From NCBI GenBank assembly GCA_001938485.1, contig MQRK01236146.1, positions 1 through 53,841 on the forward strand: a stretch of 53,841 nt of DNA, written 5' to 3'. Made by a program: the position numbers and the translations under genes. Position 1 is the first letter of the stretch. Every line of letters begins with the position of its first letter. The notes beneath the pieces were generated by a model. The model did not search any database, was not told where the DNA came from, and saw nothing but the letters and a program-made list of their open reading frames with translations. This DNA is from Girardia tigrina (lineage: Eukaryota). Positions 1-11,700 of this stretch are shown in pieces.

Positions 1-160
1 CTTTAAAATATCTATTACAACTCGTAATAAATACTTCGACATCGTCATCCCGTTTAAAATGCTCCGGAATCAATCTGGAGATTAATTGGTCCGAGTTTGT
101 GGCAAAGGCCGCCATATTAATGGTTCTTGGAAACTCGTCAGAATTATTAATATCAGACAT
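1..160 (-). mobile_element. 5' start of an LTR-retrotransposon gag-like ORF running off the window edge
   Basis: ATG at 160 reads MSDINNSDEFPRTINMAAFATNSDQLISRLIPEHFKRDDDVEVFITSCNRYFK, resembling the gag N-terminus at 27874-28245 (NMAT...EIFDGSESKVEEFLKSFGRY). Upstream on - is ...AAACA-TTTTTTG-TGGTA, a possible LTR end plus PBS. Confidence 0.5.
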
Positions 161-1425
161 TAAAACCTTTATTATACCACAAAAAATGTTTAAATCTAAT
201 ATTTAAACAAATTTAATTTTTTGAGAAACTATTTATTTCATAAATCTTAAACCGATATAGATAAAAATACATATAAATATTCATATTTGCTTTTTTTATT
301 ATTTCTATAATTACGATAATATTTTTAAAATATTTAATCGTTTCATTTAATTTTATTACTTTTTTTTTAAATCGTTTCACATAAAAATTATACACTTTTT
401 TACTTTTTATATTATATTAAACTCTCAAAAATTTTTATTAGCAATTTAATTGATCTTAATTTTAGTAATTTTATTTTTTGAATGTTACATATTTAATTAT
501 ATAAAAATTTTAATTTATAAATATTTAATATAACTTTCTTTTAAAAATTTTCCTAACATTTTTAATTCCTAACATTTAGTATTAACTTATTTAATATTAT
601 TTACATTTTGAAATATTTTTATTAAACATGGTAATTGACTGATAACATTTTCAGTATATCCTCTGGACGATTTATCTTAATAAAAGTAACATTGTGATAA
701 ACGTTTTGAATCCTGATTACTCTTCTACCGATCATTAATAATTACTTTTAGACATCCTTCGAAGAAAAGATTATAACTTCAGTCAACTTTGTTTTACAAA
801 AAGGATTTTTACAATAAATAAAAATACTAAAGAGTTCACAATTAAAGATTCTTTTTGAACTTCATATATCAAATTAATAAATACAAATCAAAATTAAACG
901 GAATTTTATATTCATCATATTTATAATGAAATTTAGTAATAATTGTAAAGTATTATATTTTGTGTTTATTCGGGTATAATTATTGAAAAAATGAGTAAAA
1001 TTAATATATAAATAAAACAAAAGTACGCTGACGAAGTTTCTTTAGTAATACAAGAACAGTGACAAATATTAAGTCAAGGTATTTTGATTTTTTATTAGAG
1101 CAGGTGTACGAATAAAGTGTGGCAGGTCAGTGCACTTGCGGTCAATGACATCTGTGGTATCTGCAAAAGGATTATGAATTAATTCTGTATTGTGAGGGCT
1201 ACTAGTTCTGGAAAAATATTCGATACACTTTTACAACAATTGAACAGCTCTAACAAAATCTTTGCGTGGATGTTGCTCATCGCTGGGGCTTAGGCTCTTT
1301 GGATGATTTGTCTGAAAGGAAAGTAACCAATCCCATTTCATCAGGTTTATTCCATATCAGAATAGTGGATACAAATAATTGGTACGAAATATTTTTGCGC
1401 TCTTGTATTAAAATTACAATATTTA

Positions 1426-2590
1426 TTAGGTCATGTCATAAGTAATGTCGTTTTTTATTATTTATTTGTAATTAATCTTTATACATCATATATTTAATAA
1501 TAGTTTGTAGAAGGTATAATTAATTTGAATAAGAAGAAAAAGCATGCCACGCTATCAACTCTCCGAAGACCACTTACAAAATTGTATGCTTTATCAATTT
1601 AATAAAGGACAAAATGCTACAGTGGCGACAAGAAAAAATAATGCCGTTAATCCTGGAGCTCTGGATGTCCGAAAGTGTCAGGGACGGTTTGGAAAATCTA
1701 AAGAATGCAATTTCGATCTGAAAAATGAAGAAAGATCTGGTCGATCGTCAACTGTAGATGAAGACATTTTGCACATAGTAGTGGAAGAAAATCTAACAAT
1801 GTACAATTAAGCGCTGAAACATGCAAAGATTGGAAGACATCGACATTTAAAAGCAATAGGGATAACAAACAAGGCCAGTAGATGGGTACCACATAATCTA
1901 AGTGAAAGTAAAAAAAATTCAAAAAATTTCCATTTGAAATTCGCTTTAATTGCGTCAAAAAATGAACCTTTTTGGATAGAGTTATCACGGGAAACGAAAA
2001 ATGGGTTTTATATGACAATCCTAAAAGAAAAAGACAGTGACTTTCTCCTAACATTTATGCAAAAAAGGTATTGTTATACTCCTTGTGAGGTACAAAAGGT
2101 ATCGTTCACTATTAGTCATTAAAACCTGATAATACAATTAATGCAGATACGCACGTAGAACAACTAACTCGTTTAAATGCAAAATCAGGGAGAAATTTCC
2201 TGCAGCTGCAAATAGAAAAGGGGTTATATTGCACCAAGACAACGCGAGACTCCATACTTCAAAGAAGACGTTACAAAAATTTTAGGAATTTGACGGGTAT
2301 CTTCTACCTTATCCACCTATAGCCCCAATTTAGCACCTTCAGATTACCATTTAGGTATTTGCAGCACGTTCTGGTAGGAAATAAATATATCTCATTTGAT
2401 GCTCTCAAAAATGTCCGTGACGAGTATTTCGAATCCAAATCTGAAGACTTTTACAAATCAGTCATAGAAAAGTTGGTTTCCCAGTGGGAAGAGGTTGTTC
2501 AACGCGATAGGAACTATCTTTTCGATTAAAATACTTGTATTGTGCAAAAAACCTCAATGAACAAACGATATTACTTTGGACATGGCCTAA
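1426..2590 (+). mobile_element. Mariner (Mos1/SETMAR-like) element, degenerate, both TIRs present
   Basis: 28-bp TIRs (TTAGGTCATGTCATAAGTAATGTCGTTT vs reverse complement of 2563-2590, 4 mismatches) flanked by TA. Frameshifted transposase 1544-2529 with ERSGR, WVPHNL, TGNEKW, LHQDNARLH and YSPNLAPSDYHL motifs. Confidence 0.92.
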
Positions 2591-3505
2591 TATAAAGATG
2601 ATATAATATAGCATTTAAACAAAAAACATTTTTAATGAGTTTTATTTGTTGATTATTTTTTTTTAATATTTTTATTTATATATTCTTAATTGAATGGAAT
2701 TATTTTTTGAACATATCAATCGACAATAATTAAATAACAAAAAAAGTATCAAAAGTAATATCATTAAATTGTCTTAATAAAATATTTAGTCAGCTTGTTT
2801 ATCTAATTATTATTCATAGCCATCAAATTAAAACAATTGAAAGTATAAAAGAATAGTTTGTTTTAACTATTTTTACTGACATTTAATTAAGGGACTCTTT
2901 GTGTTTTCGAGACATTTTAATAAATCATAATTGTATCGTTAAGTCAGAAAGACAAAAGAAGTACTTGAAAAGAATAAAAGGAAAAAAAGAAAAGAAATGC
3001 AAATGTTTAATTTTGCATTTAAGTTTCTTAAATATTATATTTAATTATTTAAATAAATTTCGAATAATAAAGAGAGATCTACAACTTTCCATGATGCTTT
3101 TAAAATATATATAAATTGAATATTATTATTTTATAATTAATATTATATTATCAAATATGCTCTTTTTGCGAAACATAAAAATATAATTTCTTTTCGCTGA
3201 TATTTATTATATAAATCTTTCTTTTGTTCCGGAAGAATGTATAAAACGCAGTAGTAATTAAGAAGAATAAATTTTGTCTATAGAGGTTGTCTATATGTGG
3301 TTGAATCTGCATATTGATCGACGAAAAAGCGATGACCAAAAATAAGCAATTTACTAAATGTAGAGTAAAAAACTTTTTCATAAATCGACAATATTTAAAC
3401 AAATTGTTTTTGTTAATTTTTTTACATTCTATATATTAAAAAATGATTAATATTTAGTTAATCAATTTTTGTGTTCGATTATTTGATTTTCAGTTCCGGA
3501 TGAGC

Positions 3506-4134
3506 GGTACGGAGTCAAAACTGCCTAGGTCTAATTGTGCCTAGGTCAAAACTACCTTGTTTATAGATAGATATTATTTAAAAAAAATATTTTATAAGAA
3601 AAATGCATTAATCTTATAATGAAATCATTTCTCAAAGAATTAGAAAAATCAATTTAATATTGCCTTTTATTAAATTGAAACACGATAGTGTTCTCCAACT
3701 TTCGTCTTTCCTTCAAGGAGCTACTGGAGTTCGAAATATTTCTGAAAAACGTTGTAGAAATCTTCGTAAAAGAGTTCAGCGTGTGTTAGGATCAAATCAA
3801 CAGACTGACAGACTTACATTTCTACGAGCAATAGAATATTTGTCGTTCTCGTAAAATAAAGTTTTTATATTAAAACTTTTATATAAAGTGTTTATTCATT
3901 CTTTTTTGGTTATTTGAAAATTTTCTTTACTTATTGCTGATGATTGTCATATAAAATAAAATTGGGAAATCATTTCGATTGTTTGTGTTTTTTATTTGTT
4001 TTTGTGATATATAAGTATATGTTTGGACAAATTAAATAATCTAACAAAAAATTATAAAAAAATTATAAACAAGGCAGTCTTGACTTAGGCAGTTTTGACG
4101 GGGCAGTTTAGACCTAGGCAGTTTTGATTAGAAT
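3506..4134 (+). mobile_element. Non-autonomous MULE (Mutator-like) deletion derivative
   Basis: Ends built from inverted TCAAAACTGCCTAGG-type subrepeats; 9-bp direct repeat CGGATGAGC at 3497-3505 and 4135-4143. Internal ORF 3660-3854 (LTFLRAIEY) resembles the C-terminus of the MULE transposase near 29700-29875 (LAFLQVIAY). Confidence 0.82.
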
Positions 4135-4333
4135 CGGATGAGCAACACATAACGAGCATTGAATAAATATATTTGAATTCTGTTAAAAACATTGTGATCG
4201 GTCTCTACAATTTTTATCACAGAAATAACTACAGTGACAAGATTATGGAGGTGTTAGAAAAAAGGCTGTAGGTCAAAGAACAAAATGATACCTATTTGGT
4301 TTTAATGCGTCCTGCTAAAATATCAAGAAACAA

Positions 4334-5105
4334 TGGTTCTAATATTAATTGAAAACTCTTTCATATTTTTCGACTATTTTATACAAAGATTTTGAACTAT
4401 TTAAAATTACATAATTAAGAGTCGTATTTGAAGTAATTTTACGCAGAAAAAGGAAACTGAAGAATCGGTTGTCCTGTTCATGAAGTGTATAAGGTGCTCT
4501 ACAAAATAGATATTTTAAAAAAGATTAAAATTATTCATACAAATGGAAAGAAATGGGAAGAAAATGTGAAAAGAAAGTACAAAAATTATTACAATTGTCG
4601 AAATCTTAAAGCTTAACCCTAAAGAATTAAATGACACAACCACAGGGATACCCGGAATTTATCTCACATTGAACCTTTTATCAATATTAAGATTTTTATT
4701 CGACCATGTATTATCATAACAATTAGAATTTAGTTTCTTGAGTTGTAAATTAAACTTTTTACTACCTGAGTTAAGATATAATTATTAAAAATTAATAATG
4801 AAATTTATTTATTTAAATTATTTTTCCATTAAATTATTTTAATAAATATTGATTTGTCAAAAATGTTACCCTTGTGGGACAACATGTACACAAATAAACA
4901 CACAGATCAAAAAGTATCACAAGAAAACATCTAGATCTAAGAAGGTTCTTGATCATTGGTTAAATTGTAAAAATTAAATCCTTTTTGTTTCAAAGGATAA
5001 GTTTTCTGTTTTTCCGAAGGGCTTTGATTCATAATATGAGCGGCAGTTGTCATTCATACGTTTGAAACCGCTTTATGAAAGGTTCATCAGATGGAACTGA
5101 CTAAG

Positions 5106-5152
<47 letters not shown>

Positions 5153-5499
5153 TAATAATAATTGTAAAGCTCACTCTTTGTTCTCTAATAGATGCAGAAC
5201 AAAGGGGGAGTTTTAACAAATAAATTTCTTTATTTAGACTTTTCTTAATAATAAGAATACCGAATCCAATTTGTAAAGATATATTACCAGATATTAGTCT
5301 TGCTGGAGGTAACTCAAATCGATATCTTAAAATTGTTTAGAGTAAAAAAAATAATTTAACTCTGAATAAATAAATGACCAAGCTGACCAATTAAAATTAC
5401 TTCAAATACGACTCTTAATTATGTAATTTTAAATAGTTCAAAATCTTTGTATAAAATAGTCGAAAAATATGAAAGAGTTTTCAATTAATATTAGAACCA
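4334..5499. repeat. Perfect 108-bp inverted repeat pair (4334-4441 / 5392-5499) around a 950-bp spacer
   Basis: TGGTTCTAATATT...GAAGTAATTTTA is the exact reverse complement of TAAAATTACTTC...AATATTAGAACCA; no TSD seen. Confidence 0.93.
5107..5162 (+). repeat. (AAT)n microsatellite
   Basis: Directly visible tandem AAT run. Confidence 0.9.
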
Positions 5500-6021
5500 A
5501 ACTATGTATGGCACTATGCAGTTTGATTAACTTGATCAGTGTAGTGATGATACAACTTATTAATGGGAATGATAGAACTATAATCAAATAACAATTCTAC
5601 AAGATAACCAAACAAATTTTAATTAATAAAAACCGTACAAATGGTATTGGATCTTACACGGTGAATTTACAAAATGTAATCGGAAGGTTGGATGAACGAA
5701 GTCTCGAGATTAATTTTTGAATAATGTTTGTCGAAACCGGTGATAAATAGTCGGTCGGAAATTCAGTAATAATGATGATATTCGATACTTTAGTACCGAT
5801 AATAATAGTCAGCGATTTAGTAAACGAAAATGATACTCAAATACGTTGAGGATATTCAGTAATTCAGGAAATGATAAATGATCAGGAATTTTCATTATTA
5901 CTGCTTATCATATAAATTAATTATCTGACCAACAATAATGATAATCCATTTATGATATTACTGGTCAATATAATTTTAAATTCAAATTTTAATTTAAATT
6001 CGAAATCATACAATTAACTTA

Positions 6022-6398
6022 TGTAAAAATAATTTCCTTCTTAATAATAATCTTCCTCTTTTTCTTTTTCTTACATAAAAATAAATTCTTTCTCTTTTTT
6101 CTTTTCATTTCCTTCATCTTTCCAAAAATAGTCTTTCATTCTTTCATTAAATATTCGTCTTTTGGAATAAATTAAAGTTTTTCTTTTATACCCACAGACA
6201 TACAAAGAATATAAAAAAATAAAACGCAAAAATTATTCACCACACACAAAGAAAACAATAAATTAACACATGCAAAGGACAGCCTTAAAAATTGTGACAC
6301 AAGCCAAATAAAAAATCTAACGAAACGAATACATAAAAAAAACGAATTGATGTCACCAGATTATTACCATATTATGAGGTTATAACAATAATCCCCCT
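6022..6398 (-). mobile_element. Putative polypurine tract plus 3' LTR of an LTR element
   Basis: On -: AGGGGGA (6398-6392), then TGTTATAACC from 6387, a GT-rich start, and a possible CA end at 6022. The distal boundary is uncertain. Confidence 0.45.
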
Positions 6399-6614
6399 GA
6401 TGATAAATGGAGAGTTATTGATTGTCATGTGTGGTTATGTTTACGAGTTTGATAATGGTGTTGGTTGAAACATTTTTATATTTACAGTGAATGTTCATTA
6501 CAATAATAATAATAATAATATTAATAATTGATAGCAGAGTTGGTTGCGCAGCGGTTGCGTTTTGGTGTTAGGTGATGGATTCCGGGTCGAGGGAAGAAAA
6601 TAATTACTAACATT

Positions 6615-6914
6615 TTTGATCCTCGGCCCATTGTTCCTTTATCCGGATCTAACCATAGTAATTCACAAAATAAATTTTGATCTGAAACATCTGTTCGTCT
6701 CATAATGCGCCTTATTTGCTCCATTGATTGAAAATCAGGTGAAAGACCACCGTGGCAGCAGAATATCGTTTCGTCAATTATAGCAGCCATTGGTAAGCAA
6801 CTGAAACTGTCCGTAAATGTTTTCCATAATTTAATATTGTATCGTCTCTTACATTCGTCTTAAAATCTATAGATCCGATTGATTGAGGTGTACTCGTGAT
6901 TTCCGAGAAATAAG
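6615..6914 (-). pseudogene. PPP1C: Protein phosphatase 1 catalytic subunit (PP1) internal fragment, decayed
   Basis: [88 protein letters not shown] matches PP1 [41 protein letters not shown]...LLWSDPDK. TAA at 6860-6862 replaces Tyr. Confidence 0.95.
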
Positions 6915-7180
6915 TTCATAAGATTTTTAGACACGGATTCATTAGACGGTTCGAGTATTAAAACGTGTTCATAAGTTAAAATTGCTTCATCAAATCGTCT
7001 CAGGAATTCTAAAGCGGCAGCTTTTCGAGAATATCCTTTGGCCCAACCAGATTTCAATTTAATACACTCTTCTGTATCAGAAAGAGCGAAATCAATCAAG
7101 AAGAGCAAATAACATTTTATAGCTTCATGAATTTGTCCTGACTGTAAAGCCTTGTTGCCTTTCAATATGTCAGCATTTCG
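6915..7180 (-). pseudogene. STIP1: STI1/HOP TPR1 domain fragment with internal deletion, fused in frame to the PP1 fragment
   Basis: LKGNKALQSGQIHEAIKCY...[26 protein letters not shown] matches HOP KGNKALS...ALQCY...[21 protein letters not shown]; the NHVLYSNRSAAY segment is missing. Confidence 0.9.
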
Positions 7181-7267
7181 ATAATTGTAGATCACCAAAA
7201 TATGACGAATCTCAATTCAAAATAATAACATTCCGTGTTAATAAACTTTTACTTAATTCAAAAGAAA

Positions 7268-7450
7268 AAAATGGCGACTTTCGATTATATACAAAATGTT
7301 TTAAAAGATAAATTCGCGCCAAAATACATAAATTAATTCGAATAAACAAATGTACAATTTTGTTATAATTTGATCGATTTACAGTCATTATAAAAATTTC
7401 AATTCGAACCTTTGTTTTTCTTCTTTTCGGCCAATCAGAAACGGCCACGC
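7268..7450. promoter_or_regulatory. Housekeeping-promoter-like motif cluster upstream of the STI1 fragment
   Basis: AAAATGGCG (YY1-like, ~7268-7276), TTCGCGCCAAAA (E2F-like, ~7313-7324) and GGCCAATCAG (CCAAT box, ~7429-7438) in otherwise AT-rich DNA. Confidence 0.35.
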
Positions 7451-7599
7451 AATTCACTTAAGAAAGACAAACACACACAGGCACAACACATTCAACAATA
7501 ATCCCGAAAACACACAAACACACAAAAAGCTGCACTTTCACAAGAAAAAAACACGATCAATCACAAAGCCGAATATATGTCACAAATCAGAACTGATGG

Positions 7600-7768
7600 G
7601 ATTCATCAAGTGATTCTTTGATAGGGCTCGATCGATTAGTATCTTCAGATTTCACCAACAATCGTTCATCATCAACATTTTCTTCGATCACTTCTTCAAT
7701 TATATTTTCATCATCCATCGACACTCTCGCGATCAACTTCCATTACCTCGATCTCAAAATCATACTCG

Positions 7769-7814
<46 letters not shown>

Positions 7815-8240
7815 CTACAGAAACACTGGCTGAATCATCAATTTCTTTCGATAGAATCAAATTCAACGATTTCACTATATCAAAATCTTTCAAACTATAC
7901 GATTGGAATATCATCGCCAATTCGCATTTCTCCATAAATTCGCGCTTTTCTTCTCTGAGCTCCGTCAATTCCGTCGAAGCTCTCTCGAAATCATTCGATG
8001 ATTCCCTGCTTTCCATTTGCAATTCGCTGATTTTACTGCTGAGCAGAACTTCAGTCTCGTTGAAGATTTCGTTTTTGAAAGATCAAATAATTATTGTCAA
8101 TATCGTTGAAAAAGACTTTCTAGGCGAATTTTCGGTTTCCTTGAGTAATTTTCGGTGGTAAATGTGACCGCGGGAAAGAACAGATTGATATTCTTTGGCT
8201 GATAAATTTTCTTGGCATATTGAACAACTGGCCAGAATAA
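7600..8240 (-). pseudogene. RING-finger plus coiled-coil protein fragment (TRAIP-like architecture), decayed
   Basis: SCSICQENLSAKEYQSVLSRGHIYH (RING with lost ligands), then a Glu/Lys-rich coiled coil (ORF 7771-8022); interrupted by (TA)n at ~7772-7812. Confidence 0.55.
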
Positions 8241-8789
8241 TAATCAGGATAATCCGTCGACCTTGAAATTCAATCTTGAATAAACATAATTTGAAATTTA
8301 TGTATTAAAACTATTAATTTCCGTTTTTGTTCCAAATAAAGAAATGCTGTNNNNNNNNNNNNNNNNNNNNNNNNNNNNNNNNNNNNNNNNNNNNNNNNNN
8401 NNNNNNNNNNNNNNNNNNNNNNNNNNNNNNNNNNNNNNNNNNNNNNNNNNNNNNNNNNNNNNNNNNNNNNNNNNNNNNNNNNNNNNNNNNNNNNNNNNNN
8501 NNNNNNNNNNNNNNNNNNNTATGAAAAGCTTTAAAACTTAAAACATAATTTTTGAACAATTATAAGTCTAGATCAATAAATATAAGTTTTCAACAGTTCA
8601 GATCAGAAGTAAATCTAAATAAAAAATATAATCAATTTCGTTGGAAAAAACCCTTTTTTGGAAGTAACCAAAAAAATCTTGATTTGAAAAACATTTTTTC
8701 TATATTCTTTCTGTCCGCTGTTCAAATATACTCTATTTATTAATTGCTACAATTTTATTTATTTATATTATTTTTTTTATTTTACACTA

Positions 8790-9212
8790 ATATGACTTAA
8801 TATTTTTATTAATATTTAAAGTTTGATTGTCCTCAAGATAATCTTTGTCAAAACTTTCGTACGATTGCATCCGTCTAATTAATAATTGACATTAATCTTA
8901 TTACCTGAGTAAATTGGGATTTACATAAATTTTTAAAATACTTATTCCAAATTTTATTGGTTAAAAAATAAAATGAATATTAATTATTTGAAAAATATTA
9001 ATTAAAATTCTTTTTTTCAAATTAGTAAATCAAATTAATCAACTTATTTAAAATTTTACAGTTATTTTAAATTAAAAATAAATTTAAACATTATATATTT
9101 TTAGACAATAAGAATTAAAATATTAATCATCCATCTGGTTAGGAGAGACACAATTCCAAATCAATATACATATTCAAACACAAAACATCAAACATTCAAA
9201 ATATTCCTCACA
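8790..9212 (-). mobile_element. LTR family A copy (starts TGTGAGGAATATT on -)
   Basis: CCATCTGGTTAGGAGAGACACAATTCCAAATCAA...AATATTCCTCACA is homologous to solo LTR 33167-33575; upstream AATTTTATTGGTTAAAA block is also shared. Confidence 0.75.
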
Positions 9213-9545
9213 AGTATTAATCAACAAAACTAAATAAAAATATGAACAAATATGAACTATAAAATAAATTTTTTTATAAAATCATACAAATCGAATTAGG
9301 ATAATTATTAAATTAAAATTAAAATAATTTCCTTTTAATTTACTTTTACGAAAATTAATTTCTTTACATTTTTATTTTTGTTTACATTTAAATATATTTT
9401 ATTAAATCAAGTTTCTAAAATTTAATTATTTAATTTAATTAATTATTTGAGTCATTAAATTATAATTAATAAAAAAGTTTAACTATTTTTTTTAGTTAGC
9501 TAGAAATTAAAATATATTAAAATTAAATAATATTTATTCTCTTAC

Positions 9546-9743
9546 TTGGATTACAGGTTATTTCTGACTGGTCATAGTCTGAATAGAAATGCGGAACACA
9601 AGGGTCGGTATGATGGACCCGGCAAGTGACGTTTTCATTCATGACACAGTTGGGTTTGTGGGAGCAAATGGCTTCTTGGGAACAGTTGGCGGTAATGTTC
9701 GCTAAATAGGAGTAATACATATCGCTGACCGTGAATATTATCA
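9546..9743 (-). CDS. Candidate isolated 198-bp phase 1-1 exon encoding a 6-Cys module
   Basis: GC-richer island, CTGCAG acceptor before 9743, GTAAG donor after 9546, open frame with CSQEAICSHKPNCVMNENVTCRVHHTDPC...ITC. Confidence 0.45.
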
Positions 9744-10278
9744 CTGCAGTTCGACAAAGCACCAAGTCGAAATAAAACATGTTTTTATTGTTTTACATTT
9801 CAAATATTTTATTAATAAACGATCATTTAAACAAAATTTATATTGGTCTAAATCCATCCAATTATCATTAAGTATAAACAAAATAAAATAATATTAAAAA
9901 TGAATTTCAAATGAAAAAAACTTATTCCCATAAGAAAATATATATCCATATTTCAATTAATAATTATTTATTTAATAAATTCAAATTCTCTCTCAATGTT
10001 TGTTTTAATTATTGAAAATTAAATTAATAAATTTGTATAGTTTAAACAAAATTTTAATTAGATTATTTTCAATTATATTTATTTTTCTTATTGAGTTTTG
10101 TGAACGCTACTTTGACATTATTGATATAAATGAATTTAGTATTTGTGAAAATAGGAATTTTATTATAAATATAAAATTTTATGATAAATTTTATATTTTA
10201 AAAGTAACATTGAATCGAAACCAAAATTTCGAAAAATTCTTTTTTATAAGGCAAAGTTTGCTTGAGAAAATATTTTTA

Positions 10279-10402
10279 ACTAGTAAGAGTCGTTATGTAT
10301 GCCGGGGCAGCTGAATTTGCGTCTTTTTAAGTTTCTGTTTGAATTTTTAAACCGTAATTATTATAATTTATTATTTATTGTTTCGAATTCAGTGTTGATT
10401 TA
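10279..10402 (-). mobile_element. Helitron 3' terminal fragment, same family as 16025-16607
   Basis: Reverse complement aligns with 16485-16607, ending in a degenerate hairpin plus CTAG|T. Confidence 0.7.
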
Positions 10403-11499
10403 AAAGTCGGTCGACCAGTATGGTTTTTGGTCAATTTCGTCGGCTACTCGTGTCTTTCAGTAAAGGCGCTGCGCAGACAGAACCGTCTTAATTCTTACTT
10501 GGATTCGCTGCGATTCCTCCTCCATTTTACATTTTTATCATATGGTTATCGACATAAAACCAATATATCATATATAAGGTAGGAGGATACTGTTTTAATA
10601 TTTTTGAAAGTTTATTAATGACCAGGTTTAGGTATATTGCTTGGATGGTGAAATTGCACAAACAAAAATTGATTGTAATAACGAAATTTAGAGTCAGATA
10701 GTCCATAGTAAACCAATTTATTTATGATAAAACAAATGCTCATTCTCTCAAAGTAAAAAAGGAAAACATAGAAGACCACAAACAGATTATTATGATACCA
10801 CGAGATTAAGACATGGAAAACAAAATATTTATAAGTAATATAAAATACTTAATGGTAAAATTAAATTTAATTAAAATGAAAATAAAATGCTTTGAACTCT
10901 TCAAACTCAAGTTCAGACGAGACAAGAAAACAATATAAAAAATTAAGAAATTTTAGAGCATGTACAAATAGAAAAACAAATTTTATTCAGGAAAGCTAAA
11001 AATATTTATATAATTAACAATAAGAAAATAAATAAAATTGAAGAAAACAAATTGATAAATATAAGAAATAGGACATAATTGTTAGTACAATGTTTTAAAA
11101 GGTTCGGTCTCCTACGTAACTAATCGGACAACAAAGATCAAATGAATGACAAATTAGTATTAGCTATGGATAAGTTCACAAAATTAAGTCTCATGGAAAA
11201 CATTTAATTATTTCTAATGAAAGATAAGAGCAAGTATCTCTTTGAGAAGCAAAAAGTTAAAATATATCAAGGTTATCATCATTCATGTCGTCGCAAAAGT
11301 CCTTGATTCACAATTAAATCCATTGATTTTCAATGAATTTTAGATTAAAGTTATACTTCACTTTAAAAACAAATACACAAATACCACTTTTAATGTGTGT
11401 TCTATATTACAGAAATCGTACCTCAACTTGATATTTATTTTTCAATTTTGAATATTTCTTTGTTAGTCGTTCGAAAATTTGAATTAATTCATTATATTT

Positions 11500-11700
11500 C
11501 AAAGAATCAGTTTATAAATCGATTTCTGTATTTGATACAAATGAATTATCTTTGTTCATCAATTGAAAATTCCCTCCACCGGCGCAAGTGTTACCAGATG
11601 AAGTGCATGAGCTCTTTGTAGAAGATGAATTTGGATAAAAACTGCTACCAAAATTCGAATTTGCATATTCCGGACGATTATGCGACATTCTCACGAATTT
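11500..11700 (-). pseudogene. Ser-rich coding-like fragment of an unidentified gene
   Basis: GC-richer 60-aa ORF (NFGSSFYPNSSSTKSSCTSSG) followed by stops; no recognisable domain. Confidence 0.25.

Noticed and set aside
1090-1385. GC-richer coding-like island on -
   Set aside because: Interrupted frames and no identifiable domain.
5030-5105. Second hammerhead (CTGATGA on -); similar cores near 1028, 17757 and 47091
   Set aside because: No correctly placed GAAA with compatible stems I-III.
6521-7198. Genuine PP5 (PPP5C) gene
   Set aside because: The catalytic sequence is PP1-specific, the TPR is HOP-specific, the N-terminal catalytic motifs are absent and there is an internal stop.
8314-8559. 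ORFs spanning N-runs and other short AT-rich or antisense ORFs in the track
   Set aside because: Gap artefacts, low-complexity I/K/F/N/L-rich translations, or shadows of TE ORFs on the opposite strand.
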